Source: Octopus vulgaris
Taxonomy: Eukaryota
Direction of reading: 5' to 3'
Assembly: GCA_951406725.2 (NCBI GenBank)
Contig: OX597816.1
Coordinates: 26,784,001 to 26,848,000, forward strand
DNA length: 64,000 bases
Shown: positions 24,730-37,402 of the stretch, piece after piece
How the letters are laid out: every line of letters begins with the position of its first letter
How positions within the stretch are numbered: the first letter of the stretch is position 1
Notes under the pieces: model-generated
What the model was told of the DNA's origin: nothing
Databases searched by the model: none
The model's input: only the letters and a program-made list of their open reading frames with translations
Made by a program: the position numbers and the translations under genes

Positions 24730-24950
24730 CCCTTTAGCATTTAAACCGGCCATATCTGGCCAAAAGTATTCTGCTTGTTTTATGTTCAAACTGGCCATAT
24801 CTGGTCTCTTAAACCAACCCTACCATATCGTTTGAAAAATTAACAGCTACCTCATCAAAATCTCAAAGCTACAAGATAATGCAGGATTAGTTCAAAACAA
24901 TGTGGATAAAAAAGGATTAATTTTGGTAGAATAATGCGAACACTAAAGGG
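24730..24950. mobile_element. piggyBac-type MITE (related family)
   Basis: TTAA|CCCTTTAG...CTAAAGGG|TTAA; same 221-bp length as 15610-15830. Confidence 0.8.
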
Positions 24951-25212
24951 TTAATGTCTGTCACATGTATTAGGGCCAGTCACCAGCTTCATATTACCCT
25001 TTTTACCCTTTTACTTGTTTCAGTCATTTGACTGTGGCCATGCTGGGGCACCGCCTTTAATCGAGCAAATCAACCCCGGGACTTATTCTTTGTAAACCCA
25101 GTACTTATTCTATCGGTCTCTTTTGCCGAACCACTAAGTGACGGGGACGTAAACATACCAGCATCAGTTGTCAAGCAATGCTAGGGGGACAAACACAGAC
25201 ACACACACACAC

Positions 25213-25272
<60 letters not shown>

Positions 25273-25789
25273 GACGGGCTTCTTTCAGTTTCCGTCTACC
25301 AAATCCATTCACAAGGCTTTGGTCGGCCCGAGGCTATAGTAGAAGACACTTGCCCAAGGTGCCACGCAGTGGGACTGAACCCGGAACCATGTGGTTGGTA
25401 AACAAGCTACTTACCACACAGCCACTCCTGCGCCTTATGCAGACATAACTGAGTAAACCATAATAATCCTTGCTTCTGAAGGCACAAGGCCTTGAAATTT
25501 GTGGGGAGGGGATTAGTCAATTATATCGACCCCAGTGTTTCTGTCCACTCTGAGAAACTATCAACTACCACTATTTAATAAGAACTATTTAAAGGACCGG
25601 CAAAATCGCTGTGTAGTCTCAACTATGGAACATCTATTCCTGAACAATGTTTGCTTTTTATCCTTGGGCAATTTTTCATTTCGTTTTGGCTTACATACAG
25701 GGGTCCCACACTTGTTTTACTGCAATTTTTTTTGTTTCAGTCCCTCAACCACATTTGAACCTTCAACTGAACCAGTTATATTTCCACTC

Positions 25790-26270
25790 AAAACACTTAT
25801 GGGCATATCTTTCTTCTTCTTCTTACAGCATTCACCCAGGGGGGTTGAACTGGCTTCATTTATCCTCAATGCTGCATCTCTCACAAACGCCGACCAGGCC
25901 TGGCGATTTGAGGCTAACGACTGCGTGATCTCCAACCACTCCTTATTCCAACAGCGAACACCATAGATATGGGGGCCTAGGTTGGGTTCCAGATCAGCCT
26001 TGACCGTCATCAGCCAGGTTTTTCTTTGTCCACCACATCGCTTTCGCCAACCCTGAAAGGGAGCTGGGACAATTGCTTCGTAGATGAATTCTCCTGGTTG
26101 ACGACGGAGGGCGTGACCCAGCCAACGCAGACGTCTCGTTAGGATGACTTGTCGGAGGGAGGTGATTCTGCACTGGTGTCGCACCAAATTGTTGGAGACA
26201 AAGTGGGCATATTCCACGGCTTGAATAGTTCCATCCACTCTGTGCCAAATAAATTAAGTGGACTTTTTAA
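25790..26270 (-). mobile_element. RTE LINE 3' fragment
   Basis: RRLRWLGHALRR...G..RKTW...A.NRQAW with a (AAG)n tail. Confidence 0.85.
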
Positions 26271-28241
26271 CACGTATAGCTTTGTCTTTTTCATTTGAAC
26301 TCGAAATGTTACATACGAATTCACCGATAAATATAATCTTTTTCCTATAACACCATGTGCTACCTTTTCCGATTTAATTAATTTCAGCTTAACGACATAT
26401 TTCCAAGTTTTTCATTTATAATGGTGATATCACAACCAGTGTCCCTGGTTTTCATTCATGTTCTGATGTTTCATCATTGTCCTACAGTGCATCTTTATAT
26501 GTCCTATATTTCCACAATGAAAACACTCCACACTTTTTAAATACTCTTACTCTTTACTCTTTTACTTGTTTCAGTCATTTGACTGCGGCCATGCTGGAGC
26601 ACTGCCTTTAGTCGAGCAAATCAACCCTGAGACTTATTCTTTGTAAGCCCAGTACTTATTCTATCGGTCTTCTTTTGCCGAACCCCTAAGTGACGGGGAC
26701 GTAAACACACCAGCATCGGTTGTCAAGCAATGCTAGGGGGACAAACACAGACACACAAACACACACACATATACATATATATATACATATATACGACAGG
26801 CTTCTTTCAGTTTCCGTCTACCAAATCCACTCACAAGGCATTGGTCGGCCCGGGGCTATAGCAGAAGACACTTTCCCAAGATGCCACGCAGTGAGACTGA
26901 ACCCGGAACCATGTGGTTGGTTAGCAAGCTACTTACCACACAGCCACTCCTGCGCCAATGGACAATTTTTCCTCAGTCTTGGATTATCTGATGCATCTTC
27001 CCCCCCTCCTCTTTTCATTCATAGCACCCCGCTTCTGGCATTAAATTGATTTTCTCAATCACCTCTCACCAGACCAGCAGCAACTTTATAACTAAAAATA
27101 TTATACTTAAAAATAATTTAATCAAACTAAACATAAATCTCACCACATTCAGAAAAGTGTTATGCCTTCGTCTCTTAATTTAAAAAATGAATAACACTGA
27201 AATTTATTATAAATCTTTATATTTATGCACTGGTCATGACACTCTGACTTCCAAATAAGTTAAGTATGAGGCTTTCATATTTATATGGGATAAGAAATCT
27301 GATGCAAGACCTTCATTCTTTCCTTTAGAGCAACTAACCTCTCTTTCTCTCTTTTACTCTCTTTTACTAGTTTCAGTCATTTGACTGCGGCCATGCTGGA
27401 GCACCGCCTTTTAATCGAGCAACTCGACCCCAGGACTTATTCTTTTGTAAGCCCAGTACTTATTTTATCGGTAACTTTTGCTGAACCGCTAAGTGACGGG
27501 GACATAAACACACCAGCATCGGTTGTCAAGCAATGCTAAGGGGACAAACACAGACACACAAACACACACACGCATATATATATATACATATATACGACGG
27601 GCTTCTTTCAGTTTCCGTCTACCAAATCTACTCACAAGGCTTTGGTCGGCCCGAGGCTATAGTAGAAGACACTTGCCCAAGGTGCCACGCAGTGGGACTG
27701 AACCCGGAACCATGTGGTTGGTAAACAAGCTACTTACCACACAGGCACTCCTGCACCTACACTTTTGTACCACTAAACTTCACTGCATTACACCTTTATT
27801 TAATCTCTATCAAAGCATTCTAGTTGCAATCATTCCATATTTTTCCAACTTATGAAACCAGAATCACATTATCCAATAAGTCCTTTTCTAAAATGGTAAG
27901 ATGGGAAATGAGGAAGATTTGACTGCTATTTCTGGCAGATCACATAGACACTTCCTTGTTGGTTTGGTACTACATGCTCATAGTTTAGATCCTATTAATG
28001 ATGTTTTACTCCATTGAGGAAAGTACATAACTCTGCTCCAGTTTTCCTTGCTAAAATCTAAAAATTGGTTAGTAGAGAAGGTGGCTGTGTGGGTAAGTAG
28101 CTTGCTTACCAACCACATGGTTCTGGGTTCATTCCCACTGTGTAGAACCTTGGGCAAGTGACTTCTACTAGAGCCTTGAGCCGACCAAAGGCTTGTGAGT
28201 GGATTTGGTAGATGGAAACTGAAAGAAGCCTGTCGTATATA

Positions 28242-28287
<46 letters not shown>

Positions 28288-29269
28288 TATATACACATAT
28301 ATATATATATATATATATATAAGTAAATAAATGGAGTTGAACGAAAACTCCATTTATTTACTTTACTGCACATTAACTCAGAGTTTCTACCTTTGAATAG
28401 GTCGCTTCATCCATGTTACTTGCGTGAATTGTGCTTGTTTGTTGAATTGTCCATGTTAATGGTAAACAAAGGATAATTCATTCATCCATTTACATATATA
28501 TATATATATGTGTGTATATGTTCGTGTGTCTTTGTTTGTTCCCCAACATCGCTTGACAACGGATGGTGGTGTGTTTACCTCCCCGTAACTTAGCGGTTCA
28601 GCAAAAGAGACTGATAGAATAAGTACTAGGCTTACAAAGAATAAGTCCTGGGGTCGACTTGCTCGACTAAAGGCGGTGCTCCAGCATGGCTGCAGTCAAA
28701 TGACTGAAACAAGTAAAAGGGTAAAGAATAGCACCAAGACATATTTTAGGCACCATCTGGTTCTTATTACATAAAGTGATACCTAGCATTTATAGCAGCA
28801 GCTGGTCAGGTTTTATTTATGTGGAGATAGTGCTCAAAGAGGGTTTAATACAAGATTTTCTTCCATATGTATCATGGATTGCTGGAAGTAAAAAGTTTGT
28901 GATGAGTAAATTAAAATAACTTCAACAATGATTTGAATCCTGTATCAGGGTCTTCATTTACTTGGAGCTTATCTCTTTTTTTATCACACAACTCGACTGT
29001 TTAAAAAAAATATGATTTCAAAGCAATATATGTATTTCATGGTTCTTTTGTAAATTTTAAAAAAATCTTCAAAACACACAGAATTTCTAGAGGTATTATT
29101 TGTCATAATTATTTCTTACATTTACACAATGTTGTGTTTTTCAAGGTTTCAGTGTAGTCCATAGAATCACCCTGGCAGGATTTGAACTGTGAGTACAAGA
29201 AGTTGAACCAAAATTCTAAACATTCTGCCCAAAATCCAACCATTTCTGCCATTACAATATCAATAATCA

Positions 29270-29407
29270 TCATTGACGCTTAACATCAACCACTTTGAAA
29301 TCTTCAGCAAGTTCAACTTTGATTAAATTATCACCAACACTTTTAAGAATATCTTCCAAAATTACCTTCACACTTATTTTGTCTTTGCCAGAATTCTTGC
29401 TCTGTGT
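29270..29407 (-). CDS. ELAC1: ELAC1 coding exon 9 (terminal)
   Basis: TQSKNSGKDKISVKVILEDILKSVGDNLIKVELAEDFKVVDVKRQ* with the conserved C-terminal AxDx (LAEDF). Pyrimidine tract plus tag acceptor. Total CDS is 1104 nt = 367 aa. Confidence 0.9.
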   Translation of the reverse strand, partial: TQSKNSGKDKISVKVILEDILKSVGDNLIKVELAEDFKVVDVKRQ

Positions 29408-29599
29408 CTATATCAAGAAGGAAGGGAAAAAAATCATTTAGAAATTATCATAAAAATACACACACACACACATACACCATTACTATCACTCCAATAAGAA
29501 AAAGAAGTAAACCTAACTATTCCTTTAAATTAACAAAACCATTTACCTAATTTCTGTTAATCGTGCTCAGAGTTATTGTTTGTAAGATGGTTGATAATT

Positions 29600-29952
29600 T
29601 TATGGGTGTCTGCCAAACTCCACCCGTCTAACACCTGTGGACATATTTACAAAGTCAGAAAACAGCACAGCTCCCATGACTTTAGGAAACATTTTTTCAT
29701 GCTAAGAGTTGTTGAAGTATGGAACAAACTGCCGGCATCAGTTGTTAGATGTCGGAGCACTGCATCCTTCAAAACTTCCATGCTTTCTGAGATTCGCCAA
29801 CACTACACCTGATTTTCTCCCCTCCATACACACGCAAGCATGTATCTGACTCATACATTGTTCGCTTTCCAGACATTTGTACATTACTGCATATACTCTA
29901 TACGCACCTGAGCACTGTATACAATAATTTCATTATTATTATTATTATTATT
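29600..29952 (+). mobile_element. CR1-type LINE 3' end
   Basis: TCGHIYKV...RKHFF..RVVEVWNKLP..VV....ASFK, followed by a 3' UTR and (ATT)n tail. Confidence 0.8.
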
Positions 29953-30117
29953 TAAAAATTTTAATGATTCAACATGTCTGTCTTGGATTGTGGATTTAGC
30001 AAATGTTAGTTACCAGAATGAAAAAATATAAAGATCAATACTAAAAAAATGTTTTCTGAAACATCCAGCCGATTGTAATAATCAGCAGAAGCAAGAATAT
30101 TTTAATAAAACACTTAC

Positions 30118-30212
30118 TGACTCTTCAGGTGACAACACTTGATATCTTTGACTAAAATGTGTTAGAACTAAATGCGATGCACCAAGTTCTAAAGCCAACT
30201 GACCAACTTGAC
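30118..30212 (-). CDS. ELAC1: ELAC1 coding exon 8
   Basis: QVGQLALELGASHLVLTHFSQRYQVLSPEES contains motif V (LTHFSQRY). Bounded by ccacag| and |gtaagt; 95 nt. Confidence 0.95.
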
Positions 30213-31607
30213 CTGTGGAAATTTGAAAAATAAATGATTTCATTGCTTTAATTGTTACATTATGAACGGACATAAGAATAATAATAAGAATTTGTGTTTG
30301 TGTGTGTGTGTGTGTGTGTCATCATCATCATTATTATTTAACATCAGTTTTCCCTGCTGACATGGATTGGACAACTTGAGAGGAGCTGGAAAGGCCAGGG
30401 ACCACACCAGGTTCCATAGTCTGATTTGGCTTGGTTTCTAAAGCTGTATACCATTCCATGTGGAGGCGCAATGGCCCAGTGGTTAGGGCAGCGGACTCGC
30501 GGTCGTAGGATCGCGGTTTCGATTCCCAGACCGGGTGTTGTGAGTGTTTATTGAGCGAAAACACCTAAAGCTCCACGAGGCTCCGGCAGGGATAGTGGTG
30601 ATCCCTGCTGTACTCTTTCACCACAACTTTCTCTCACTCTTACTTCCTGTTTCTGTTGTACCTGTATTTCAAAGGGGCCCGTCGTAACCGACGGAGTGCT
30701 TCCATCCCATGCCATTCCATATATCAACCACTTTACAGAGTGTACTGGGTGCTTTTTATATAGCACCAGCACCAGCACTTTTTACATGGCACCTTGGTTT
30801 TAGGATATCCTGCAGCCCAATCCTCTTCTCCCCCCACCCTGCCAAGTGTATCACTGCTATCCTGTTGTCTCCACCCCTTCTCTGTACCTGGGTTCACAAG
30901 TCACTGTATTCGCCCACTTCCCCCACTTTTGCATTCACATAAACTCCCTATTCATGCACCCTAGGCAATCCTCTACGATCCCATTTACATTCATATCCTT
31001 GTACTTTGAGAGTATGCTCTGGCATACTGCTACCATCTCTCTTGCTCTCTCTCTCCCTCACACATATTTTCTCTCTCTCTCTTTCTCACTCTCCCTCTGA
31101 CTGGGGTAACCATATATCTCCTCTACAGAAAGATGCCTGTTTCTGTCCCTCTGCCATTACTCAAACCTCTCATCACCTGGCACAAAGCCATCTCCTTCAA
31201 TACCTCATCTCTTTGTCTTGTAAGTTATTTGGTGACTGTAAAAACCATGCCAGAACAGACAATGAAGCCTGGCATAGCCCTCTGGCTTAACAGCTCCTGT
31301 CAAACTGACACCATGGAAGATGGATATTAAATGATGATGATAATGATACATATATAAGACAGCGAGCTGTTGTAAAAATAAACAAAAGAAGTCAGTAAAA
31401 GTAAACAAAAAGTTAACATATACAAGAGATGTATTAACAGACTGAGACAAATGTAGAAATGAGATGTTGTAAACATATCAAACCCATTCCAGTATGGAAA
31501 ACTGGATGTTATAAAGAAGACGATGGTAAAGAAAGCTATAACCAAAAACAAATATAATCTGCAGTTTTCAATTTAGTCGCAAGAAATTCAAGAGTTTGAT
31601 TACTAAC

Positions 31608-31788
31608 TTGGTGTGGAATGGCCATTCTGTAAGGCTTGCTCAAACATGTCATCACTAAGAGTAGCTTCATGAACCAGGAGGTGACAATTTTGACCAATTT
31701 TCAAGAGTTCTTTAGAATCACATGAATCTCCAGCAATCACTACTTTCCGACCTTTAATAGGTGGTCCAAGTACATCCTCTGGACAAAT
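31608..31788 (-). CDS. ELAC1: ELAC1 coding exon 7
   Basis: ICPEDVLGPPIKGRKVVIAGDS...LLVHEAT...GHSTP contains motif IV (GD), HEAT and HST. Bounded by ctgcag| and |gttagt; 181 nt. Confidence 0.95.
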
Positions 31789-31928
31789 CTGCAGCAAGAC
31801 ATAAGAATAACCATATTTATTTAATATTGAGATAATGTCAATTGAATAATTATGCAGAAGAACTTAAAGAAATTATCTTTATATTTTACTGTTTTATATC
31901 AGAAATATTAAATTTCTAAATCTCTCAT

Positions 31929-32260
31929 AGAGATATGTACAGTGGTGAGGCGATAGAATGGTTGTATACTGTCAATCTAACGTGAACATGACAGTAGGGG
32001 GTACACCACCGCTGTTTAGCCCTAGGAAGCATCGACGCCTCCTGATGGCTTTGACACATTTTTCCTGTGTCCTTATATACATTTACGAAGGGGAGACAAA
32101 CACCCCCAGCAGCCAGGCCTGCATCTAGAGACACGCATGTTTCAGGATCATTGTCCTTCATCGGTCTAGAGTAGCAGACGCCCGCCAGCTGAGAATATCT
32201 GTCCCGATTCACAAATGTATATATCTAATTTTCAGTGAAGTTTATTCACTGATTACCAAA
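31929..32260 (-). mobile_element. Short Penelope/retrozyme-like insertion with 31-bp TSD containing a hammerhead-like motif
   Basis: Exact direct repeat atcagaaatattaaatttctaaatctctcat at 31898-31928 and 32261-32291. Confidence 0.75.
32124..32170 (-). ncRNA. Type I hammerhead ribozyme-like motif (U4C variant)
   Basis: Minus strand reads tctaga-CCGATGA-agga caatga tcct-GAAA-ca tgcg tg-TC-tctaga. All three stems pair; there is one core substitution. Confidence 0.65.
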
Positions 32261-32909
32261 ATCAGAAATATTAAATTTCTAAATCTCTCATTACTTTTCT
32301 CTATGTCTATGAAAAGTTTTTCAGTAAGATAGTAATCTCTTAGCATCGGAAAGTACTTATCATACTAGTAACTACTCAACTGTGAAACAGAAATAGAAAT
32401 TGTTTTTGTTTTTTTCTTTCACTATATAGTAAGATGGAACAAGCAGAGTTATGTATTTTATTCAATGAAATTCTAAGTCATGCCAATGTAGTCCAGCCAC
32501 TGTACATCAAATATTCTACTTTATATATTCCTATATTATTGCAATTACTGTCTGAGAAGCATTAAGGAAAGACTTCATCAGACATTTTCAAACCTGATTA
32601 AATACAAAATATATACCTTTCATATTTTACACAGGTTTATTAAGATTTTAAAAGATAAAACCATCTCAGTATTAAGGTATCGACAAGTCATTCAGTGATG
32701 ATGCTATCAAATAGTTAATAACTATTAGACGCAGGAGTGGCTGTGTGTTAAGTAGCTTGCTTACCAACCACATAGTTCCGGGTTCAGTCCCACTGCATGG
32801 CACCTTGGGCAAGTGTCTTCTACTATAGCCTCGGGCCGACCAAAGCCTTGTGAGTGGATTTGGTAGACAGAAACTGAAAGAAGCCCGTCATATATATGTG
32901 TGAGTATAT

Positions 32910-32940
<31 letters not shown>

Positions 32941-33619
32941 AATATATATATGTGTGTGTGTGTGTGTGTTTGTGCGTCTGTGTTTGTCCCTCCAACATCG
33001 CTTGAAAACTGATGCTGGTGTGTTTACGTCCCCGTAGCTTAGCGGTTCGGCAAAAGAGAAACCGATAGATTAAATACTAGGCTTACAAAGAATAAGTCCT
33101 GGGGTCGATTTGTTCGACTAAAGGCGGTGCTCCAGCATGGCCGCAGTCAAATGACTGAAACAAGTAAAAGAGTAACTGATCTGGAGCAGCTACAGCTAAT
33201 AGCTTGTATCATTGTACAATTCATAATGAAATTATAAAACTAGAGGGACTGACAGTACAGTCTTAGATGTTTTTCTCAATGTTGCAACGTCTTGTAAATG
33301 GTGAAAGGGATGTTATTTTGTTGATAGAGAGTTTTAAAACAGCCACTTAAGCCAATGAAATATTCATCAGTTATATAAAGCTTGATGGTGGCAAGCTGGC
33401 ACACAGAATGATTAGCACACAGGGCAAAATACTTAGTGGCATTTTGTCTGTCTTTACGTTCTGAGTTCAAATTCTGCCAAGGCTCATTTTTGCCTTTCGT
33501 CATTTCAGGGTCAATAAAATAAGTACCAGTTAAACACTAGGGTTGATGTAATCAACTTAATCCTTGCCCGAACTTGCTGGCCATGTGCCAAAATTTGAAA
33601 TCATTTATACAAAGTTTAA

Positions 33620-34330
33620 ATTTTTGTATCAGCTAGATCTGAAGGAAGGGATATTGACCTTAACCTTCACAAACCTTCGAAGACTAGTGAAATCGATGTA
33701 GTTAAGGTTCTGCTTAAATTGCTGCAAGTGAACAACTGCAAAGAAGGAATCCCAGAGAATTAATATTCTGATGAAGAGGAAATGTGTGTAATAGGGTGGG
33801 GCTTTGGTGGTTGGACACAACATGGTGATGAGAAGAGGAAAGACAAATGAGTTGGGATGCCTGAGTGGAGGTGCCATGAGAACAGCCACTCTAAAGAGTA
33901 GAGGCCGTTATAGTAGAAGTAGAAAAGAGATGGCACATCCGTGGGCTAGAAACTGAAGTGTTTCCATAAGTGGAGTGACTTATGCCGATCAGTCTTTCTC
34001 AGGTTGCTGTCTAGAATGATTGTTGTAGCAGCATCAATCTAGAACATGGAGCATTGGTGGGGGGGGGGGGGGGGAGAGCGGTGTCTTACATGAACTTAGT
34101 ACAAGGTTAGAAGTTGTTGGGAGCTGAAGTATTTTCTGGCTCAGAAAGGAAGGGTCAGTCTTTGAGATGCAATCTTAAGATGCATGTTAAGAAATGTGCA
34201 TTCATTGGGTGAGACCATCAGTGACAGTGAAGCCTAGCATTTGGAGCAATCACACCTGTTAATGGTACCTATATATAACTAGGTGATCTGAGCTATTGAG
34301 AGGTTAGGTTTACTAGAAATATAGCACAGC
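33620..34330 (-). mobile_element. Decayed CR1/L2-group LINE endonuclease-region fragment
   Basis: Degenerate coding-like stretch with GDFN-like and dispersed APE-domain remnants; heavily frameshifted. Confidence 0.4.
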
Positions 34331-34850
34331 ATTAGTGGCAAAATGAAACAATGGCAATTAGATTTACTTGATCTAGTAATCCATAATCCTACCAATACCT
34401 ATTGTTTTACTACCCACAAGGAGCTAAACACAGAGGAGATAAGCAAGGACAGACAAAGGGATTAAGTCGATTCCATCGACCCCAGTGCGTAACTGGTACT
34501 TAATTTATTGACCCTGAAAGGATGAAAGGCAAAGTCGACCTCGGCGGAATTTGAACTCGGAACGCAGCGGCGGATGAAACACCCCTGAGCAGTTCGCCCG
34601 GCATGCTAACGTTTCTGCCAGCTCACCGCCATATAATCCTATCAATATCATCAGATGAAGTTCTCAACTAGCATTAAAACCTGAACAAACCCAAAATAAC
34701 TGTTCTGTATCTCAAGAATAAAAATGTTATAGACTCATAGATCACTGTTACTACTTATCAAAATGGTTTAAAGAATGGCCCTTAAAAATTGTTATGAGTA
34801 AAATAACTATAAATCATATAGTTCATGTGATGAAATAAAGAAAAACTGAC

Positions 34851-34950
34851 CACTTCCCCAGAAGGAGATGTAATTTTCATTCCAGATTTTAGTTCTTTGT
34901 ATACTGGCCCAGGAGGAATTCCTTTGTTAGATAAGAGTTGAGCATTTAAT
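34851..34950 (-). CDS. ELAC1: ELAC1 coding exon 6 (flexible arm GP motif)
   Basis: LNAQLLSNKGIPPGPVYKELKSGMKITSPSGEV. Bounded by ctccag| and |gtcagt; 100 nt. Confidence 0.93.
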
Positions 34951-36316
34951 CTGGAGAATAATGTAAAAACCAAGTAGGTGTCATTAACAAGATATGCTGA
35001 TTAAGATAATTTCAAATTTAATTTTAATGCTAGATGTCCAAATCTGACCATTTTAGTTAATTAATATTTCCTTATGAGTGATGAAGAAATGTAGGAAACA
35101 CAAATTTAAATATTTCTATTAATATTTTTTATTGAAAGAGGAGGGGAGGGAACTGAAACTTAAGATCCTAGTTTAATAAATGTCTTTTATATTGAGAGAT
35201 TTATACCTCATCATCATCATCATCATCATTGTTTAACATCCGCTTTCCATGCCGGCATGGGTTGGACAGTTTAACTGAGGACTGGTGAGCCAAAGGCTGC
35301 ACCAAGCTCAATCTGATCTGGCAAAGTTTCTACAGCTGGATGCCCTTCCTAATGCCAACCACTTCAAGAGTGTAGTGGGTGCTTTTATGTGCCACCGGCA
35401 AGAGGGCCAGTAACATTTACATTTGTTATTGAGATGGTTTGCAAGCAATCATTGTAGAGGCAGCTTTTTTTTTCATTAGTCAATGCCAATTGTTGTGTGT
35501 GAAATAACAGTTGCTATTGCTTTGCCTACAACTAGTCTGGACTCAAGTATCCTGTCACATAGTCTGGTTACAGCAAGTACATTAACTATTTTTCAGTTAC
35601 AAGTATACCTACACCACCTGAACCAGTATTGTTCCCTACCCAAAAGACTTTGCATTGATATTTTTGTCTGTGAGGAGTTTGATTGAGGTTCCCCTCCATC
35701 TCACCTCTTGCACACACCATACATTTACTCACTTCTACTCTAATACCTCTATAATCCCACCTTCCATTGTATCAACATGAACAGTAGTAGCCCTGAGGTG
35801 TTTCACCTGACAAAACCAAGATCTCCTGTGAAGGAAGTGTGGATGCTAGAGATCTCTTTCCTGCATCTGAAAGGGAATGGGCAATCTCTTGATGATAGTC
35901 CAAGGTTTCTCACATGGCTAGGTATACTCTACCCCACAGTATACTGTCATTATTCCTGACCACTGATACTGTTATATATAATAAAGAAACAAACTACAAA
36001 AGACAAATCTACCTGCTCACCATCTGAAGATCTTTCCAGATGTCATAGCCTCAATACATATTTGTGTATCATCAGCCACAGCAAACAAGAGTTCCATCCT
36101 GGAATGTATTTTCATAGGTGGACCTTCTAACCAGCAAAACTATCCCTTTTATAAGTGAAATAGTAGATGCTCCAGTTTGGTCTCATGTAGACTTCACTAC
36201 CTCTGTGCAACCTTACTAGACAGTGTAAATAACATAGCATTTAAATTATCTCATTAACTATGCCTATGAATATCTTAGTTAAGAAATGAGCCACTTGACA
36301 ACGTCATAATACTTAC

Positions 36317-36412
36317 TTGCCAGGCAATGGCTTCTCTTCTATAACAAAAGCAAAAGATGGAATTCTATGTTTCAGAGAAACTGCTTTAACAAAAGTCGTT
36401 TCATTTTCAAAG
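36317..36412 (-). CDS. ELAC1: ELAC1 coding exon 5
   Basis: FENETTFVKAVSLKHRIPSFAFVIEEKPLPG(K) contains motif III (HRIPS) and the start of the flexible arm. Bounded by tttttcag| and |gtaagt; 96 nt. Confidence 0.93.
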
Positions 36413-37038
36413 CTGAAAAAAAAAAAAGGATATAATACAATCTTAAGAGTTTATTCAGGTTTGAACGCTTTCAGAACTGTCTTACTCATGGCATATGGCT
36501 GGCATACAAGTAGCAGGGAACTTACAAAGTGACTAAAGGAAAATAACTCAGGGTAGGATTTCGCATATGTAATAATAGTGAGTTGAAAAATTTTAAGCCA
36601 GACAATTAGTAGACAAAAACTCCTACAAAGAGTGTTTAAAAAGTTAAAAAAACGAGCAAGGGAGATAATTCCAAAAAGCTCAATTCCAAGATCGATTAAA
36701 CAAAACTTTTGGACAATGTAGACTATGTAGGTTGGATGAGATCTAGTCTTTAATGCCAACTGTTGGAAGCAACAGATATGTACCGATCTAATCAAACCTC
36801 TTCTGAAAAATCTATTCAATTACTCTTTTACTCTTTTACTTGACTGTGGCCATGCTGGAGCACCGCCTTTTAGTCAAGCAAATCGACCCCAGGACTTATT
36901 CTTTGTAAGCCTTAGTACTCATTCTATCGGTCTCTTTTGCCGAGCCGATAAGTTACAGGGACGTAAACACACCAGCATCGGTTGTCAAGCGATGTTGGGG
37001 GGGGGGGGGCAAACACAGACACACAAACACACACACAA

Positions 37039-37069
<31 letters not shown>

Positions 37070-37402
37070 CATCACTATATGTGTTTACGTCCCTGTCACT
37101 TAGCGGTTCGGCAAAAAGAGACCGATAGAATAAGTACTGGGCTTACAAAGAATAAGTCCCAGGGTCGAGTTGCTCGATTTAAGGCGGTGCTCCAGCATGG
37201 CTGCAGTCAAATGACTGAAACAAGTAAAAGAGTAAAAGAGTATATACACATACACACATGAGCTACAGATGTTTAGCTGGAGGCATTGCTGCAAATTTAT
37301 ATACAAGACTATTGTTGTCATATCGGTTATGTAGTGTGTGTTGTGCCACAGAAAATAACCAAATCATACGGTGTTGGATTGCACAAGAAAAACAACAATA
37401 AC

